This document shows positions 20,821 to 30,159 of a DNA stretch of 64,000 bases, one piece after another. Within the stretch, counting starts at the first letter, position 1; every line of letters begins with the position of its first letter. A program made the position numbers and the translations under genes. Under the pieces are notes generated by a model. It was given only the letters and a program-made list of their open reading frames with translations. It did no database searches and had not been told where the DNA came from. The stretch is from Pseudomonadota bacterium (GTDB lineage Bacteria; UBA10199; 2-02-FULL-44-16; DYJF01), in NCBI GenBank assembly GCA_043823065.1, contig JBDRBB010000010.1, positions 32,001 through 96,000 on the forward strand. Reading direction: 5' to 3'.

Positions 20821-22023
20821 TCACTCTATATCTACAAAAGTAATAGAAGCTGGTGAAGCGCCGACTGGAATTGGCCCAGCTTTTAGCGAACCATCACTGC
20901 TATCTAAAACTACAATTCCAGGATCTGTTTGTGAACGCTCTGTCACCAACAAATCTCCATTTTCCGCTATAGTAAAATCTGGTAAATAAGTACCTTCAGT
21001 TGTATATAAACTATTGTTAAGCACTTCATAGGTTGTTGGATTAAAAGAAGCTAGATACAAACCATCCACAATTACAAAACCTAAACTTGCTGAAGCAAGT
21101 CTAATCTCAGTTGGATAACCACCCAAATCTAAATCATCAATGGCAATTCCTAGAGTTGCTAGAGTTTGCGGATCAATAACTTCGATTCCGCCAAATTCAT
21201 CTGTAATATCTGTATCAAAATTATCATATACACCAGCGTTGGTTATATAAACTAGTCCAGTTAAAGGAGAATAAGTGATGTCTGCTGGATTGCGTCCTGC
21301 AAGTTCTACAACTGCGACAACTTCATCTGTTTGAGTATCTATTACTACAACCTTACCATTAGCATTTGCTCCTTGCAGTAGATCTTGCGGTAAATCAGTT
21401 AGACAGACAAAAAGATTATTGCCCACCGCAACCATCTGGGTAGTACGTGCCAGACCATCTCCAGCAGCTGAAGTATAAGCAGTCAAATCAATAGAACCAA
21501 ATTGTTCGCCAGTTAGAGGATCAACAATTAATAGATCATCATTATTATCTGCATCAGATTCTGCGTTAAATCTAGAAACATAAGCCTTGGTATCTGAAAC
21601 CACCCAAATGTCATGGGGATTAGATGCGCTGCCTACTGAAAAATTTGCTATAACATTATAAGTTACGGGATCTACAACTTGAATTGTATCTGCGCCAAAA
21701 CGATTGATTACAAAGATAAAATTCAAAAAACTTTTAATAACCAGATCTGAACTGTCTGTGGTGGCCCTGGCTAAAGTTGCTACATAGTTTTGCAAAAGAT
21801 TGAGGGACGCCAAAGAACCAATTGGGTCAATCCAATTTGCTGCTGCCACCACTGCCATATTTCCCAAAGCAATGGCCACGTCTGCAGGATGGGTCCTGGT
21901 TGTGCTACTTGCTTGCACATTATTCTGGTCAGGATCTGCATTCGTAGTATTAGTTGCATCTTGCACCTTGCCGCAGGAGCAAAGCAAAACCACCATCACC
22001 ATAAAAACAATATTTTTTTTCAT
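20821..22023 (-). CDS. YncE/BtuG-like beta-propeller lipoprotein
   Basis: Lipobox LCSC; propeller blades (SNPHDIWVVSDTKAYVS, GRNPADI); downstream of btuB. Confidence 0.75.
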   Translation of the reverse strand: MKKNIVFMVMVVLLCSCGKVQDATNTTNADPDQNNVQASSTTRTHPADVAIALGNMAVVAAANWIDPIGSLASLNLLQNYVATLARATTDSSDLVIKSFLNFIFVINRFGADTIQVVDPVTYNVIANFSVGSASNPHDIWVVSDTKAYVSRFNAESDADNNDDLLIVDPLTGEQFGSIDLTAYTSAAGDGLARTTQMVAVGNNLFVCLTDLPQDLLQGANANGKVVVIDTQTDEVVAVVELAGRNPADITYSPLTGLVYITNAGVYDNFDTDITDEFGGIEVIDPQTLATLGIAIDDLDLGGYPTEIRLASASLGFVIVDGLYLASFNPTTYEVLNNSLYTTEGTYLPDFTIAENGDLLVTERSQTDPGIVVLDSSDGSLKAGPIPVGASPASITFVDIE

Positions 22024-22053
22024 ATATATCTCCTTTGTCTATAAAGCCTAATA

Positions 22054-22167
22054 ATGAATTGATACCTCTCGGCCGACTTTTTTCACCTCCCTCAGACTTT
22101 ACGAAACTATTAGCAGCTTAGGAGTTGTCGGTCCGGTTCAAAAAGCCGCCCTACGGCATCAATTCAT
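22054..22167 (-). repeat. Dispersed structured repeat, family A copy 2
   Basis: Reverse complement of copy 1 core with a different outer stem. Confidence 0.85.
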
Positions 22168-22185
22168 CACGTGCTCTAAAAACAG

Positions 22186-24195
22186 TTAAATTTTTATAGC
22201 TATACTTCCCCAGTACGATCTACCTGGTAAGGGATAACCAATTAAATCTGAAATTCGGTCATTTAAAATATTTTGTACTGTAAATCTGGCGCTTATTTTA
22301 TCAATAAAAGTTAGGCCAAAGCCTGCACCTAAAATTACCCGGTTTGTTACTTGCAATAAATTTTGCAGATCCAGATAATTGCCACTCATGTAGCGCAAAT
22401 CTGTATATAGATTTGAAGTCAGCCAAGATTGCCAATTTTCATCCCAACTGATCAAAGCGTAAAACTCGTGCTGGGGCCTACCAGGTAAATATTTTCCTCT
22501 AGTGTCAGGATTATTGGAGGTATCTTTGGCTTGTTGATAGGTATAGCTGGTAGTTAAGCGCAGTCTTTTTAAAAAATTAGCTGTAGCCATAAATTCTCCG
22601 CCCTGAATTAAAGCTTGATTCATGTTCATGGCTTGAGCTGTAAACGTTGATGTTTGAACAAATTGAATTAGGCGGTTTACATCATGGCGAAAATAAGTTG
22701 CCCCAACATGGGCTTTTTCAAGCCAGGAAAAAACTGGCAAATCATAGGAAAGACCTAAATCAAAATTAAAAGCCTTTTCTGGTAAAAGATTTGGATTGCC
22801 TTGAAGCGCACCGCGATCACCAAAAAGTTCGGTAAACGTTGGATTGCGAAAACCACGATAAACATTACCCTGAAAATAAAATTCATCTATTAAACGCGCT
22901 AACACGCCAAGTTTTGCTGAAAATTGGTGATCGCTTTTTATAGCTAAATTTCCTTTATTATAAAGATTTTCTAAACGAATTGAAGGTACTAACCTCAAAC
23001 GATCGCTGAAAAGAATAATTTCATCTTCTAAGCCAGCGCTTATGGTTTGCCTGCTGCTATTTGTTCCATTTTGAGGAGGTCCCAAGCTATTAAAGGGCCG
23101 ATAATATTCTGAACGCTGGGCTATAAATAATTTAAAACTTTGATGATTACCTACTTGCAAACTTAAACGTGCGCTTGCCCCAAAACGATAAGTTTTATCA
23201 TCTGTATTTTGAGGACTTAAACTAATTTCAGCTAAAGGATCATTAAACTGACTATTTAGATAATCAAAAAATAAATCTAAATGACCTTCAAGATTTTCCA
23301 AGCCTAAATTTTTCTTTTTCAAATTTAAGCAAACTAGATCGCGCCAAGTATCTAACCTGGCATTTAAAGACTTGCGCGTACCCAAGCCTGGCACTCCTTC
23401 ATCTTTCTGAAAAAAGATATTGGTTAAGGAGAGAGTTGATTGCGCCGGCAGATCAAAAACAAATTTAGAAAATAAACTGTTGGAAGCAAAATCATTATTT
23501 TGTCTGCGAACTATTTGATCATCAGCTTGATTAAATCTGGTGCCATTATCATCTTTATAGGTAAAATCTCCTTTGCTACGTGCATGCTCAAAAGCCAAGA
23601 TTGGCGCAAATTTTTTAAAGGGCTGAGCAAAATGCATTTTTGCCTTAACTGTTTCAAACGAACCAAGTTGCAGTTCAGCTGCTGCATCTTTTTTTTCTGG
23701 CATGGCCTTACTTCTAAGCAAAACCACTCCCCCCACGCTAGATTCAGGCAAAATTCCAGGGCTGCCACCACGATAAACTTCAACTTTTTGAACTGCAGAC
23801 ATAGGAATGATGCTTAAGTCGGTGAGCAGGCCTTGAGCAGTGAGCAAGGGAATTTCATCTAGATAGATCTGAACTTGACCTGCTGAAGAGCCTCTTAGGG
23901 AAAGAGCTGAAAAATCATCCAACCCGCTATAGCGTTTTACAGTGACTCCAGCAGATTGTTCTAACAGTTGAGGAATGGTTTGGGCTTGTTTATTATCTTC
24001 AGGAATTAAAACTGTGCTAGCAGAAGTTTGATCTAAGGTTGGTTTATCTTTTTTTTCTTTAGGAGCTTCAACAACTACTTCGCCTAAATCTATGCCATCA
24101 TCTGCTTTTAAATAGCCAGGAATAGCCAAAAAAAATATTACACCTAATAAAAAACCCTTTCTCACAACGAAAAAGGGTTTACTTTTGAGCAACAC
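22186..24195 (-). CDS. btuB: TonB-dependent receptor, cobalamin (BtuB-like)
   Basis: TonB box EVVVEA, plug LSLRGS...VEVYRG, NPNLLPEK, C-terminal PGRSYW; riboswitch upstream. True start may be the downstream GTG of VRKGFLL. Confidence 0.85.
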   Translation of the reverse strand: MLLKSKPFFVVRKGFLLGVIFFLAIPGYLKADDGIDLGEVVVEAPKEKKDKPTLDQTSASTVLIPEDNKQAQTIPQLLEQSAGVTVKRYSGLDDFSALSLRGSSAGQVQIYLDEIPLLTAQGLLTDLSIIPMSAVQKVEVYRGGSPGILPESSVGGVVLLRSKAMPEKKDAAAELQLGSFETVKAKMHFAQPFKKFAPILAFEHARSKGDFTYKDDNGTRFNQADDQIVRRQNNDFASNSLFSKFVFDLPAQSTLSLTNIFFQKDEGVPGLGTRKSLNARLDTWRDLVCLNLKKKNLGLENLEGHLDLFFDYLNSQFNDPLAEISLSPQNTDDKTYRFGASARLSLQVGNHQSFKLFIAQRSEYYRPFNSLGPPQNGTNSSRQTISAGLEDEIILFSDRLRLVPSIRLENLYNKGNLAIKSDHQFSAKLGVLARLIDEFYFQGNVYRGFRNPTFTELFGDRGALQGNPNLLPEKAFNFDLGLSYDLPVFSWLEKAHVGATYFRHDVNRLIQFVQTSTFTAQAMNMNQALIQGGEFMATANFLKRLRLTTSYTYQQAKDTSNNPDTRGKYLPGRPQHEFYALISWDENWQSWLTSNLYTDLRYMSGNYLDLQNLLQVTNRVILGAGFGLTFIDKISARFTVQNILNDRISDLIGYPLPGRSYWGSIAIKI

Positions 24196-24237
24196 TGGCT
24201 CCTCCTCTTTCCGCGAAGAGATGACTTAACATCTATC

Positions 24238-24392
24238 TGTGTAAGGTTTCCTGACTCTGAAAGACTTGCTTCAAGCATCCCCTTGCCTTCCCATTCAAAA
24301 AAGAACAGTGACTAAAACGGGAACGCTTTTCTTTCATTACAGTGGCGGGACCGTGCAGGACTTTCACCTGCTTCCCTTAAACACCGATTAAA
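24238..24392 (-). ncRNA. Cobalamin riboswitch
   Basis: Minus strand reads ggtg...aagggaagcaggtgaaagtcctgcacggtcccgccactgt...gtcactg...gggaagg...agtcaggaaacct. Confidence 0.93.
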
Positions 24393-24441
24393 TTAAACTT
24401 TAAGGCTAACTAGCAACTTGTAGCCAAATTTGTCAAAACCT

Positions 24442-24924
24442 TTATTTTTTCTTTTTAGACTTAGCTGCGTTTTTAGGACTAATCTCGCGCAGCTTATTTC
24501 TCAAACCATAATCAAATGGACGTAACAAAGGAATATCTAACATAAATGTTTCTTGAACAATTTTATCCTCATGATATTCAGCTTTAATTTCCTGAGCCCA
24601 TTCAAAACAACCCAAAATTTCACTAATACAGTAATCAAAATATTGGCGATCTGCCTCAGTTACATTTGGCAGTTTAGTACAGCGATTAGCCAACATCTTG
24701 GCCAAAGCAATACAAAACCTTGATTCTTCTTCTGGAGGCAGGTGAATGAAATGATGCAAGAGAATGCGTTGCATAATAATTCTAATATCTCTAAGAGCGA
24801 TGCCCAGAGCTTCAATGGGTTTATCTAGCTGTCTTTCCAGCAAATAGAACTCAAACATTTCCATTAAATTTTTAACTTCACCATTAACTGCTGTTTGTTT
24901 TTCTGTTTTCTTTTTTTTCTTCAT
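24442..24924 (-). CDS. Hypothetical protein
   Basis: 160 aa ORF, no recognised motif. Confidence 0.6.
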   Translation of the reverse strand: MKKKKKTEKQTAVNGEVKNLMEMFEFYLLERQLDKPIEALGIALRDIRIIMQRILLHHFIHLPPEEESRFCIALAKMLANRCTKLPNVTEADRQYFDYCISEILGCFEWAQEIKAEYHEDKIVQETFMLDIPLLRPFDYGLRNKLREISPKNAAKSKKKK

Positions 24925-24969
24925 ATTAATTATTCATAACATATGAGCATAGAATCGCAAGCATCTGAT

Positions 24970-25020
24970 AAAGGCTTAAGGCCTGGCACCCCTTTTAGAG
25001 GTACCAAGCCTTGACCTTTT
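24970..25020 (-). repeat. Long imperfect hairpin downstream of comEA (REP-like or terminator)
   Basis: aaaggtcaaggcttggtacc...ggtgccaggccttaagccttt on the minus strand. Confidence 0.55.
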
Positions 25021-25041
25021 AACAGGAACAAACCAAGTCCG

Positions 25042-25365
25042 CTAGTTGGTTTTTCCTGCGCCGCTAGGTTCAATTTTTGTTCCACCCACTGACACAAATG
25101 GTTGGAGTTTGGCATATAATTTATCTCCAATACCTTTGATTTCTTTTAATTCCTCAGTGGTTTTAAATGGTGAGTTGCTGCGATAATCTATAATTGCCTG
25201 AGCCTTTGCCTGACCAATTCCTGGTAGCTGCATTAATTCACTGACACTTGCTGTATTAATGTTAACTGTTCCGGTAAAAGCTGCTTTTGCTTTGGCTTGC
25301 GCCAAACTTCCTGCCATAAACATTACTGCTACTAACGCCCATACTATCATTGTCTTGGTTTTCAT
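25042..25365 (-). CDS. comEA: ComEA helix-hairpin-helix DNA-binding protein
   Basis: Signal peptide, VNINTAS..EL..LPGIG..KA..II.YR, IKGIG; GGAGG SD. Confidence 0.9.
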   Translation of the reverse strand: MKTKTMIVWALVAVMFMAGSLAQAKAKAAFTGTVNINTASVSELMQLPGIGQAKAQAIIDYRSNSPFKTTEELKEIKGIGDKLYAKLQPFVSVGGTKIEPSGAGKTN

Positions 25366-25366
25366 C

Positions 25367-25558
25367 TTAAGCCTCCTTTTCGTTTGTTGGTGATTTTTTT
25401 CGATCACGAATTTGTAATTTACCATCAAGAGGCAAAGCATCTAGATAGACATTAAGCGAACCATCTTTATTGACAAAAGCCATGCCTATTCTGGTCCAGT
25501 GCGATTTGCCGTCTTTGCCTTCAGAAATCTGAAAGGCGTCTTTGGGAATGCTACTCAT
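25367..25558 (-). CDS. Small hypothetical protein (OB-fold/ssDNA-binding-like)
   Basis: WTRIG.AF..KDGSLNV.LDALP.DG; strong AGGAGG SD; immediately upstream of comEA. Confidence 0.7.
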   Translation of the reverse strand: MSSIPKDAFQISEGKDGKSHWTRIGMAFVNKDGSLNVYLDALPLDGKLQIRDRKKSPTNEKEA

Positions 25559-25713
25559 TTTTTCCTCCTTAAATTTGGCGATCGATCGCTAAAGCACTTC
25601 TGTTATTAGCAATAGTTATGCCAATTTATGATGCGCGAAATTATTGAGATTTTTTTGGATAAAAAAATTAGACCTGTAGCATTTTCGAACAAGGCTGCAG
25701 CAAAACGCTACAC

Positions 25714-26685
25714 TTAGTCTGTTCGTTGCACTGCATAATCAGCTAGATTGGCTAAAGTCTCCCGCACAATTGAAGGCTTAAAGATTAAAAGTTCTTGTTT
25801 GGCTTGCTTGATATATTCTTGGGCAATTTTTTCAGTCTCTCCAATGCCTTGGTATTTATCTATTATAGTAACAATCTCGTGAAATTCCATATTAGAAATT
25901 TTACCGCAAATCACAGCTTCTTTAATCTTTTTTTGTTCTGAACTATTGCAATGCTTTAGGGTTAAAATAATGGGCATGGTCAGTTTGCCTTCGCGCAAAT
26001 CTGTACCAGTCTTTTTCCCCAAAATTTTTTCTTCTGAAGTGTAATCTAAAATATCATCTTGAAGTTGATAAGCCAGGCCTAAATTAAAAGCAAAGTTGCT
26101 TAAAGCCTTAGTAAATTTATCTGAAAGTTTTCTGATAATTGCTGCACCTTGGCCACAAACACCCATTAAAGCCGCAGTTTTACCAGCAATAATTTTCTGA
26201 TATTCTTGCTCAGTAATAGTTAAATCATTTAATCTAGTTAGTTCTAAAACTTGGCCTTCGGAAATCTCAGTTACTGCTTTAACCACAATGTTCCAAAAAT
26301 CCTTAGAACCATGTTCCACAAAAAATTTAGAAGCCTTGCACCACAAAAAATCACCTAATAGCACACTCAGCTGATTTCCCCATTTTGCCCTAACCGCAGT
26401 TTTTCCTCTTCTTAAATCTGCATTATCAATCACATCATCGTGCAGCAAACTTGCAGTATGTACTAGTTCAATGCCTGTGGCTAATTTGATTATATCAGTT
26501 TCCACAGAACCAGATAATTTAGCTGCCAAAATGAACAAGGCTGGCCTAAATCTTTTCCCTATATCTTTTGTAACATACTCAGCTGCTTCAGTAAGCAAGC
26601 CCACTTCAGATTGCAATTCTTTGGCAATGGTTTCTTCAACTAAAGCCAATTCTTGATGCACTGGAATCAATAGTTTATTTAACAT
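25714..26685 (-). CDS. ispB: Polyprenyl diphosphate synthase
   Basis: GKRFRP, HDDVID..RRG, GKTA, DDILD, DLREGK. Confidence 0.9.
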   Translation of the reverse strand: MLNKLLIPVHQELALVEETIAKELQSEVGLLTEAAEYVTKDIGKRFRPALFILAAKLSGSVETDIIKLATGIELVHTASLLHDDVIDNADLRRGKTAVRAKWGNQLSVLLGDFLWCKASKFFVEHGSKDFWNIVVKAVTEISEGQVLELTRLNDLTITEQEYQKIIAGKTAALMGVCGQGAAIIRKLSDKFTKALSNFAFNLGLAYQLQDDILDYTSEEKILGKKTGTDLREGKLTMPIILTLKHCNSSEQKKIKEAVICGKISNMEFHEIVTIIDKYQGIGETEKIAQEYIKQAKQELLIFKPSIVRETLANLADYAVQRTD

Positions 26686-26724
26686 AAGTCTCCCAAATGA
26701 GCATTTCTTCACTAATGCTAACTA

Positions 26725-26929
26725 AAATGTTTGAAGGTCCTTAAGGATTAATAGTCCTCAAGCCCAGACAGCTGATGCTCAAATTTGCCGGAGATTTCGT
26801 CCAGCATTTGGAAGCCCATCCACGAGGCGGCTTTATATCCGTATCCAATTTCCTACCGGGGATAAGTGCGCAAATATGGCACTCAGCTGTCTGTTTTTCG
26901 GACAATCCCTTAAGGACCTTCAAACATTT
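26725..26929 (-). repeat. 205-nt multibranch element bounded by a perfect 22-bp inverted repeat
   Basis: aaatgtttgaaggtccttaagg / ccttaaggaccttcaaacattt; inner 11-bp stem cagacagctga/tcagctgtctg. Confidence 0.75.
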
Positions 26930-27020
26930 GATGTAATTAAATGTACTGATTGCTCTCGAGGTTAGTTATCCCTGATCTTGGGTTCTTGTCAATTTAGATT
27001 GCCTATGTTAGCTAAGTCAT

Positions 27021-27749
27021 ATGAGAGGTTGCATTGTCGTACATGGTTTAACTGGCACTCCAGCTTGTGTGAAAGTTGTTTCAGACAAATTAGAGCAGGC
27101 TGGTTTTCAAGTAAAAGCACCTTGCCTGGCTGGGCATGGCAAAACTGTGGCTGATTTGGCCCAAGTTTCCTGGGAGGATTGGTATTCAACTGTAAAACAA
27201 TCCTATTTTGATCTAAAAAACACTTGTGAGCAAATTTTTTATGCTGGTATTTCCTTAGGTGCCTTGTTGGGTCTAAAGCTGGCTCTTGACCGCGGTTCAG
27301 AAATAAAGGCGCTGGCCTTAATGGGCACTCCCATACAATTAGCTCGTTTAGAGGGCCTGCTCGTGCCTGCAGTTAGATACACTCCTTTGCATTATTTAAT
27401 TAAATCTGTAAAAAAAGATTACCTGCGAAGTGTGGCTGATCCCCAAGGCCGTAAATTTTATCAGGAAAACAGCTTGCCGCGAATTCCAGCAGCAGCTGTG
27501 TTCACTTTGTGCGATTTGCAGGAAGTTATCTTGAAAGATCTTAAGAAAATCCATAATCCTATTTTACTGGTTCACGGAGCGCTAGATACTGTAGCTCCTT
27601 TAGGTAACCTTGAGCTTGTTAAGCAACATATTGCTTCAACTAACCTGCAAACTCTGATCTTAGATCGATCAAAACATGTGGTTACCTTAGATTATCAAAA
27701 AGATCTAGTGGCCCAAGAAATTACAAAGTTTTTTGAAAAAAATGCTTAG
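27021..27749 (+). CDS. Carboxylesterase/monoacylglycerol lipase (alpha/beta hydrolase)
   Basis: HGLTG, GISLG nucleophile elbow, D and H of the triad. Confidence 0.88.
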   Translation: MRGCIVVHGLTGTPACVKVVSDKLEQAGFQVKAPCLAGHGKTVADLAQVSWEDWYSTVKQSYFDLKNTCEQIFYAGISLGALLGLKLALDRGSEIKALALMGTPIQLARLEGLLVPAVRYTPLHYLIKSVKKDYLRSVADPQGRKFYQENSLPRIPAAAVFTLCDLQEVILKDLKKIHNPILLVHGALDTVAPLGNLELVKQHIASTNLQTLILDRSKHVVTLDYQKDLVAQEITKFFEKNA

Positions 27750-27811
27750 TGCTTGCAGTTTCTAATTTTCTTCGCTATGCACCAGATATCTTAAATATTA
27801 GGAGGTAAGAT

Positions 27812-28333
27812 ATGAAAAGAATGGTTTTTGCAGTCCTAGCTCTAATCGTATTTATTGGCATTAGTGCTAATGCCCATGCTTGGGGTTATGCCAGAAAAGG
27901 CCATTTTCGCTTAGGCGTATTTGCCCCTGGCGTTTTTGTAGGTAACAAAGGCATTGATGGCATGTTGTCTGTTGGCCTAGAAGGTGAATATTTTATTTTA
28001 GAAAATCTTTCTGCTTCATTTCGCATTGAAGAAGCAACTGATTTTAAAATTGGCGCTTCACCTCATTCAGTTCTAAACTTTGTGGCTCGCGCACGCTATG
28101 TCTTTGATATTGGCAATTCAGGTAATTGGGCTGCCTATGTGCAAGGTGGTTTAGGCGGTGCAATAATTGGCAAAAGTCATGGAGCTTTTGATTTAGCAAT
28201 TCCTGGTGGAGGTTTTTGGTATCAATGGTATCAAAATTGGTTTATTGGCCTAGATTGCAGTATGCATATCTTAATTCGCAATCCAACTGCCATTGCCTTT
28301 GATGTTACTCCATCTATCAGATATCAGTTTTAG
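27812..28333 (+). CDS. Small outer-membrane beta-barrel protein
   Basis: Signal peptide AHA, amphipathic strands, C-terminal YQF. Confidence 0.75.
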   Translation: MKRMVFAVLALIVFIGISANAHAWGYARKGHFRLGVFAPGVFVGNKGIDGMLSVGLEGEYFILENLSASFRIEEATDFKIGASPHSVLNFVARARYVFDIGNSGNWAAYVQGGLGGAIIGKSHGAFDLAIPGGGFWYQWYQNWFIGLDCSMHILIRNPTAIAFDVTPSIRYQF

Positions 28334-28346
28334 TTATAAGTTAACT

Positions 28347-28467
28347 AATAGTCGTTGACGACTCTCGACCGACTTTTCTCACCTCCTTCAGGCTATTACG
28401 AAACTATTTGAAGCTTGAACAATGGCAGTCTGGTTCGAAAAGCCGCTCTACGTCATCAACGACTATT
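28347..28467 (-). repeat. Dispersed structured repeat, family A copy 3
   Basis: cgtagagcggctttt...aaaagtcggtcgagag on the minus strand, with a compensatory G-C to A-U change. Confidence 0.85.
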
Positions 28468-28468
28468 T

Positions 28469-29419
28469 TTATCTGGCCTGCAAAGAAACCTTAATTAGCT
28501 CTTCTAACGGTGCTTCAATAATAACCACATTATTTTGGCTGGAAATAGCGATAGCGCCAAATACTTCTTGCTCTGCTTGTTGATTTTGCATCTGCAACAT
28601 ATACAAAGCCTTCATGCCTAACAAAAACATTTCCAAATTCTTGGCTTGATTCATATCTGGAAGGTATAGAGAAATTTTGATTCTGCCTTGATCATCTGTA
28701 GTAAAAGTAGCTAATGTTAAAGAAGCAATTTGTGGCGGCAAATACTGTTGCAAATTGGCAGATGAGGTCAATCTACCAAAAAATGAGGAATCTTTTGTTT
28801 CAAAATCAAAGTTTTTTTCCTGATCTACATTGGTAAGAATCTTGATCAAAGAATCTTTAGTGCCAATTAATAGATGCTTCTTATCTGGCAGGCTAAAAGC
28901 AAAGGGTTCTTCCATGCCTGCTTGCCAATAAATCCTAATTTTTCCAACCAAATCTGAATCTAGGCTAGCACCTTGTTTAGCCAATTCTTGTTTTACTGAT
29001 TCTAAAAATTCTTTTTGAACAAAATCATCTTGAACAATAATATTAAACTGTGGCCCTGCTTTTTCTTCTCCCAGATCTCCGCTAAATACCAGCATACTTA
29101 ATCCATCATCTCCAAATAACATAGAACGTATGGCAACAATTGTTTGATCATCTCCTTTAAGCAAACCTTCTTCAAAAAATTTCTTTAAATAAGGGGTGGC
29201 TGATAAACGCTGAATATCAGCTACAGCAATAAATACAGCTTGATCTGGTACCCACTTTTTTAAGAAATCAAATTTTTGGGCAGTTGTTATAGAACCGTCA
29301 AAAACATTTGGCCGCTGACTATCGCTGGCTTGAAAAAGTAAAAAGGCTGCAATTATTAATATTCCTGATAAAATTAAACCTTTGTACAACATTTTTTTTG
29401 TGATTTTTATTTTTTTCAT
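28469..29419 (-). CDS. Membrane-anchored hypothetical protein
   Basis: N-terminal TM; ATGA overlap with hpnG. Confidence 0.7.
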   Translation of the reverse strand: MKKIKITKKMLYKGLILSGILIIAAFLLFQASDSQRPNVFDGSITTAQKFDFLKKWVPDQAVFIAVADIQRLSATPYLKKFFEEGLLKGDDQTIVAIRSMLFGDDGLSMLVFSGDLGEEKAGPQFNIIVQDDFVQKEFLESVKQELAKQGASLDSDLVGKIRIYWQAGMEEPFAFSLPDKKHLLIGTKDSLIKILTNVDQEKNFDFETKDSSFFGRLTSSANLQQYLPPQIASLTLATFTTDDQGRIKISLYLPDMNQAKNLEMFLLGMKALYMLQMQNQQAEQEVFGAIAISSQNNVVIIEAPLEELIKVSLQAR

Positions 29420-30159
29420 AAAATAGATATCCAAGCCTGAATAAAATCAGTTAAGGCCTCTCTGGCTTTGGAGGCATAATATTCCATTTTAGGTAAAGCT
29501 AAAATATCTTTTGGATGACTAATAACATGCCCAGCCACACCTGCTAAATTAACTTCCCCTGATTCATCTATAGCTTTTTTCATATAAGGCAATTTAACAT
29601 CTAGGGCATCAAAGATAGAACGCACCACTACTGCTGGTTTTTTATGTTTTTTGCATTCCTGCATAAAAGCAGAACTTTCCATATCTAGGGCCAGGGCTTC
29701 ATGTTCAGTGCCAATAAAAGCTTTTTCATGAGGAGTTTCAATTACTTCTTCAACTGTTACTAGGCCACCCCGATAATATCTGAGCTTATTTTTTACACAA
29801 AGAGCTTCTATTTTTTTAAGCAAACTATGGTCTGCAATATAATAGGCCTTGCTTGCAGCATCAACCACAGGATCTGCTAAAAGCAGATCGCCAACAATCA
29901 TTTTAGGTGTAGTGCCGCCAGCATAACCAATATTTAGACAATGGGTGGGATTGTAATTTTCCAAACAATATTTAACTGCCTGGTGCATAGCTTTTTTGCC
30001 AACTCCAGTGCGCACCAGCAAGCAGTTTTGTTTTTCTATTTGTCCTCGAATTACCAGTACTGGCCTAAAGTGGGTCTGTTCATCCACTATCATTCTAGAA
30101 CGAATGGTGCGAATCTCGTCATTTAATGCAGCAAAGATAGCTGGCAACTTGCCTTTCAT
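29416..30159 (-). CDS. hpnG: Nucleoside phosphorylase, HpnG-like
   Basis: TGVG, GYAGG, LDMES, VRSIFD; translationally coupled to hpnH. Confidence 0.75.
   Translation of the reverse strand: MKGKLPAIFAALNDEIRTIRSRMIVDEQTHFRPVLVIRGQIEKQNCLLVRTGVGKKAMHQAVKYCLENYNPTHCLNIGYAGGTTPKMIVGDLLLADPVVDAASKAYYIADHSLLKKIEALCVKNKLRYYRGGLVTVEEVIETPHEKAFIGTEHEALALDMESSAFMQECKKHKKPAVVVRSIFDALDVKLPYMKKAIDESGEVNLAGVAGHVISHPKDILALPKMEYYASKAREALTDFIQAWISIL

Noticed and set aside
20382..20989. ORFs 20382-20636 and 20714-20989
   Set aside because: They cross palindromic elements and lie antisense to the lipoprotein genes.
26741..26923. 60-aa ORF within the IR-bounded element
   Set aside because: Coincides with the palindrome; no protein-like features.
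26725..26929. 6S RNA candidate
   Set aside because: Multibranch interior and a perfect terminal IR instead of a central bubble; no zapA/ygfA context.
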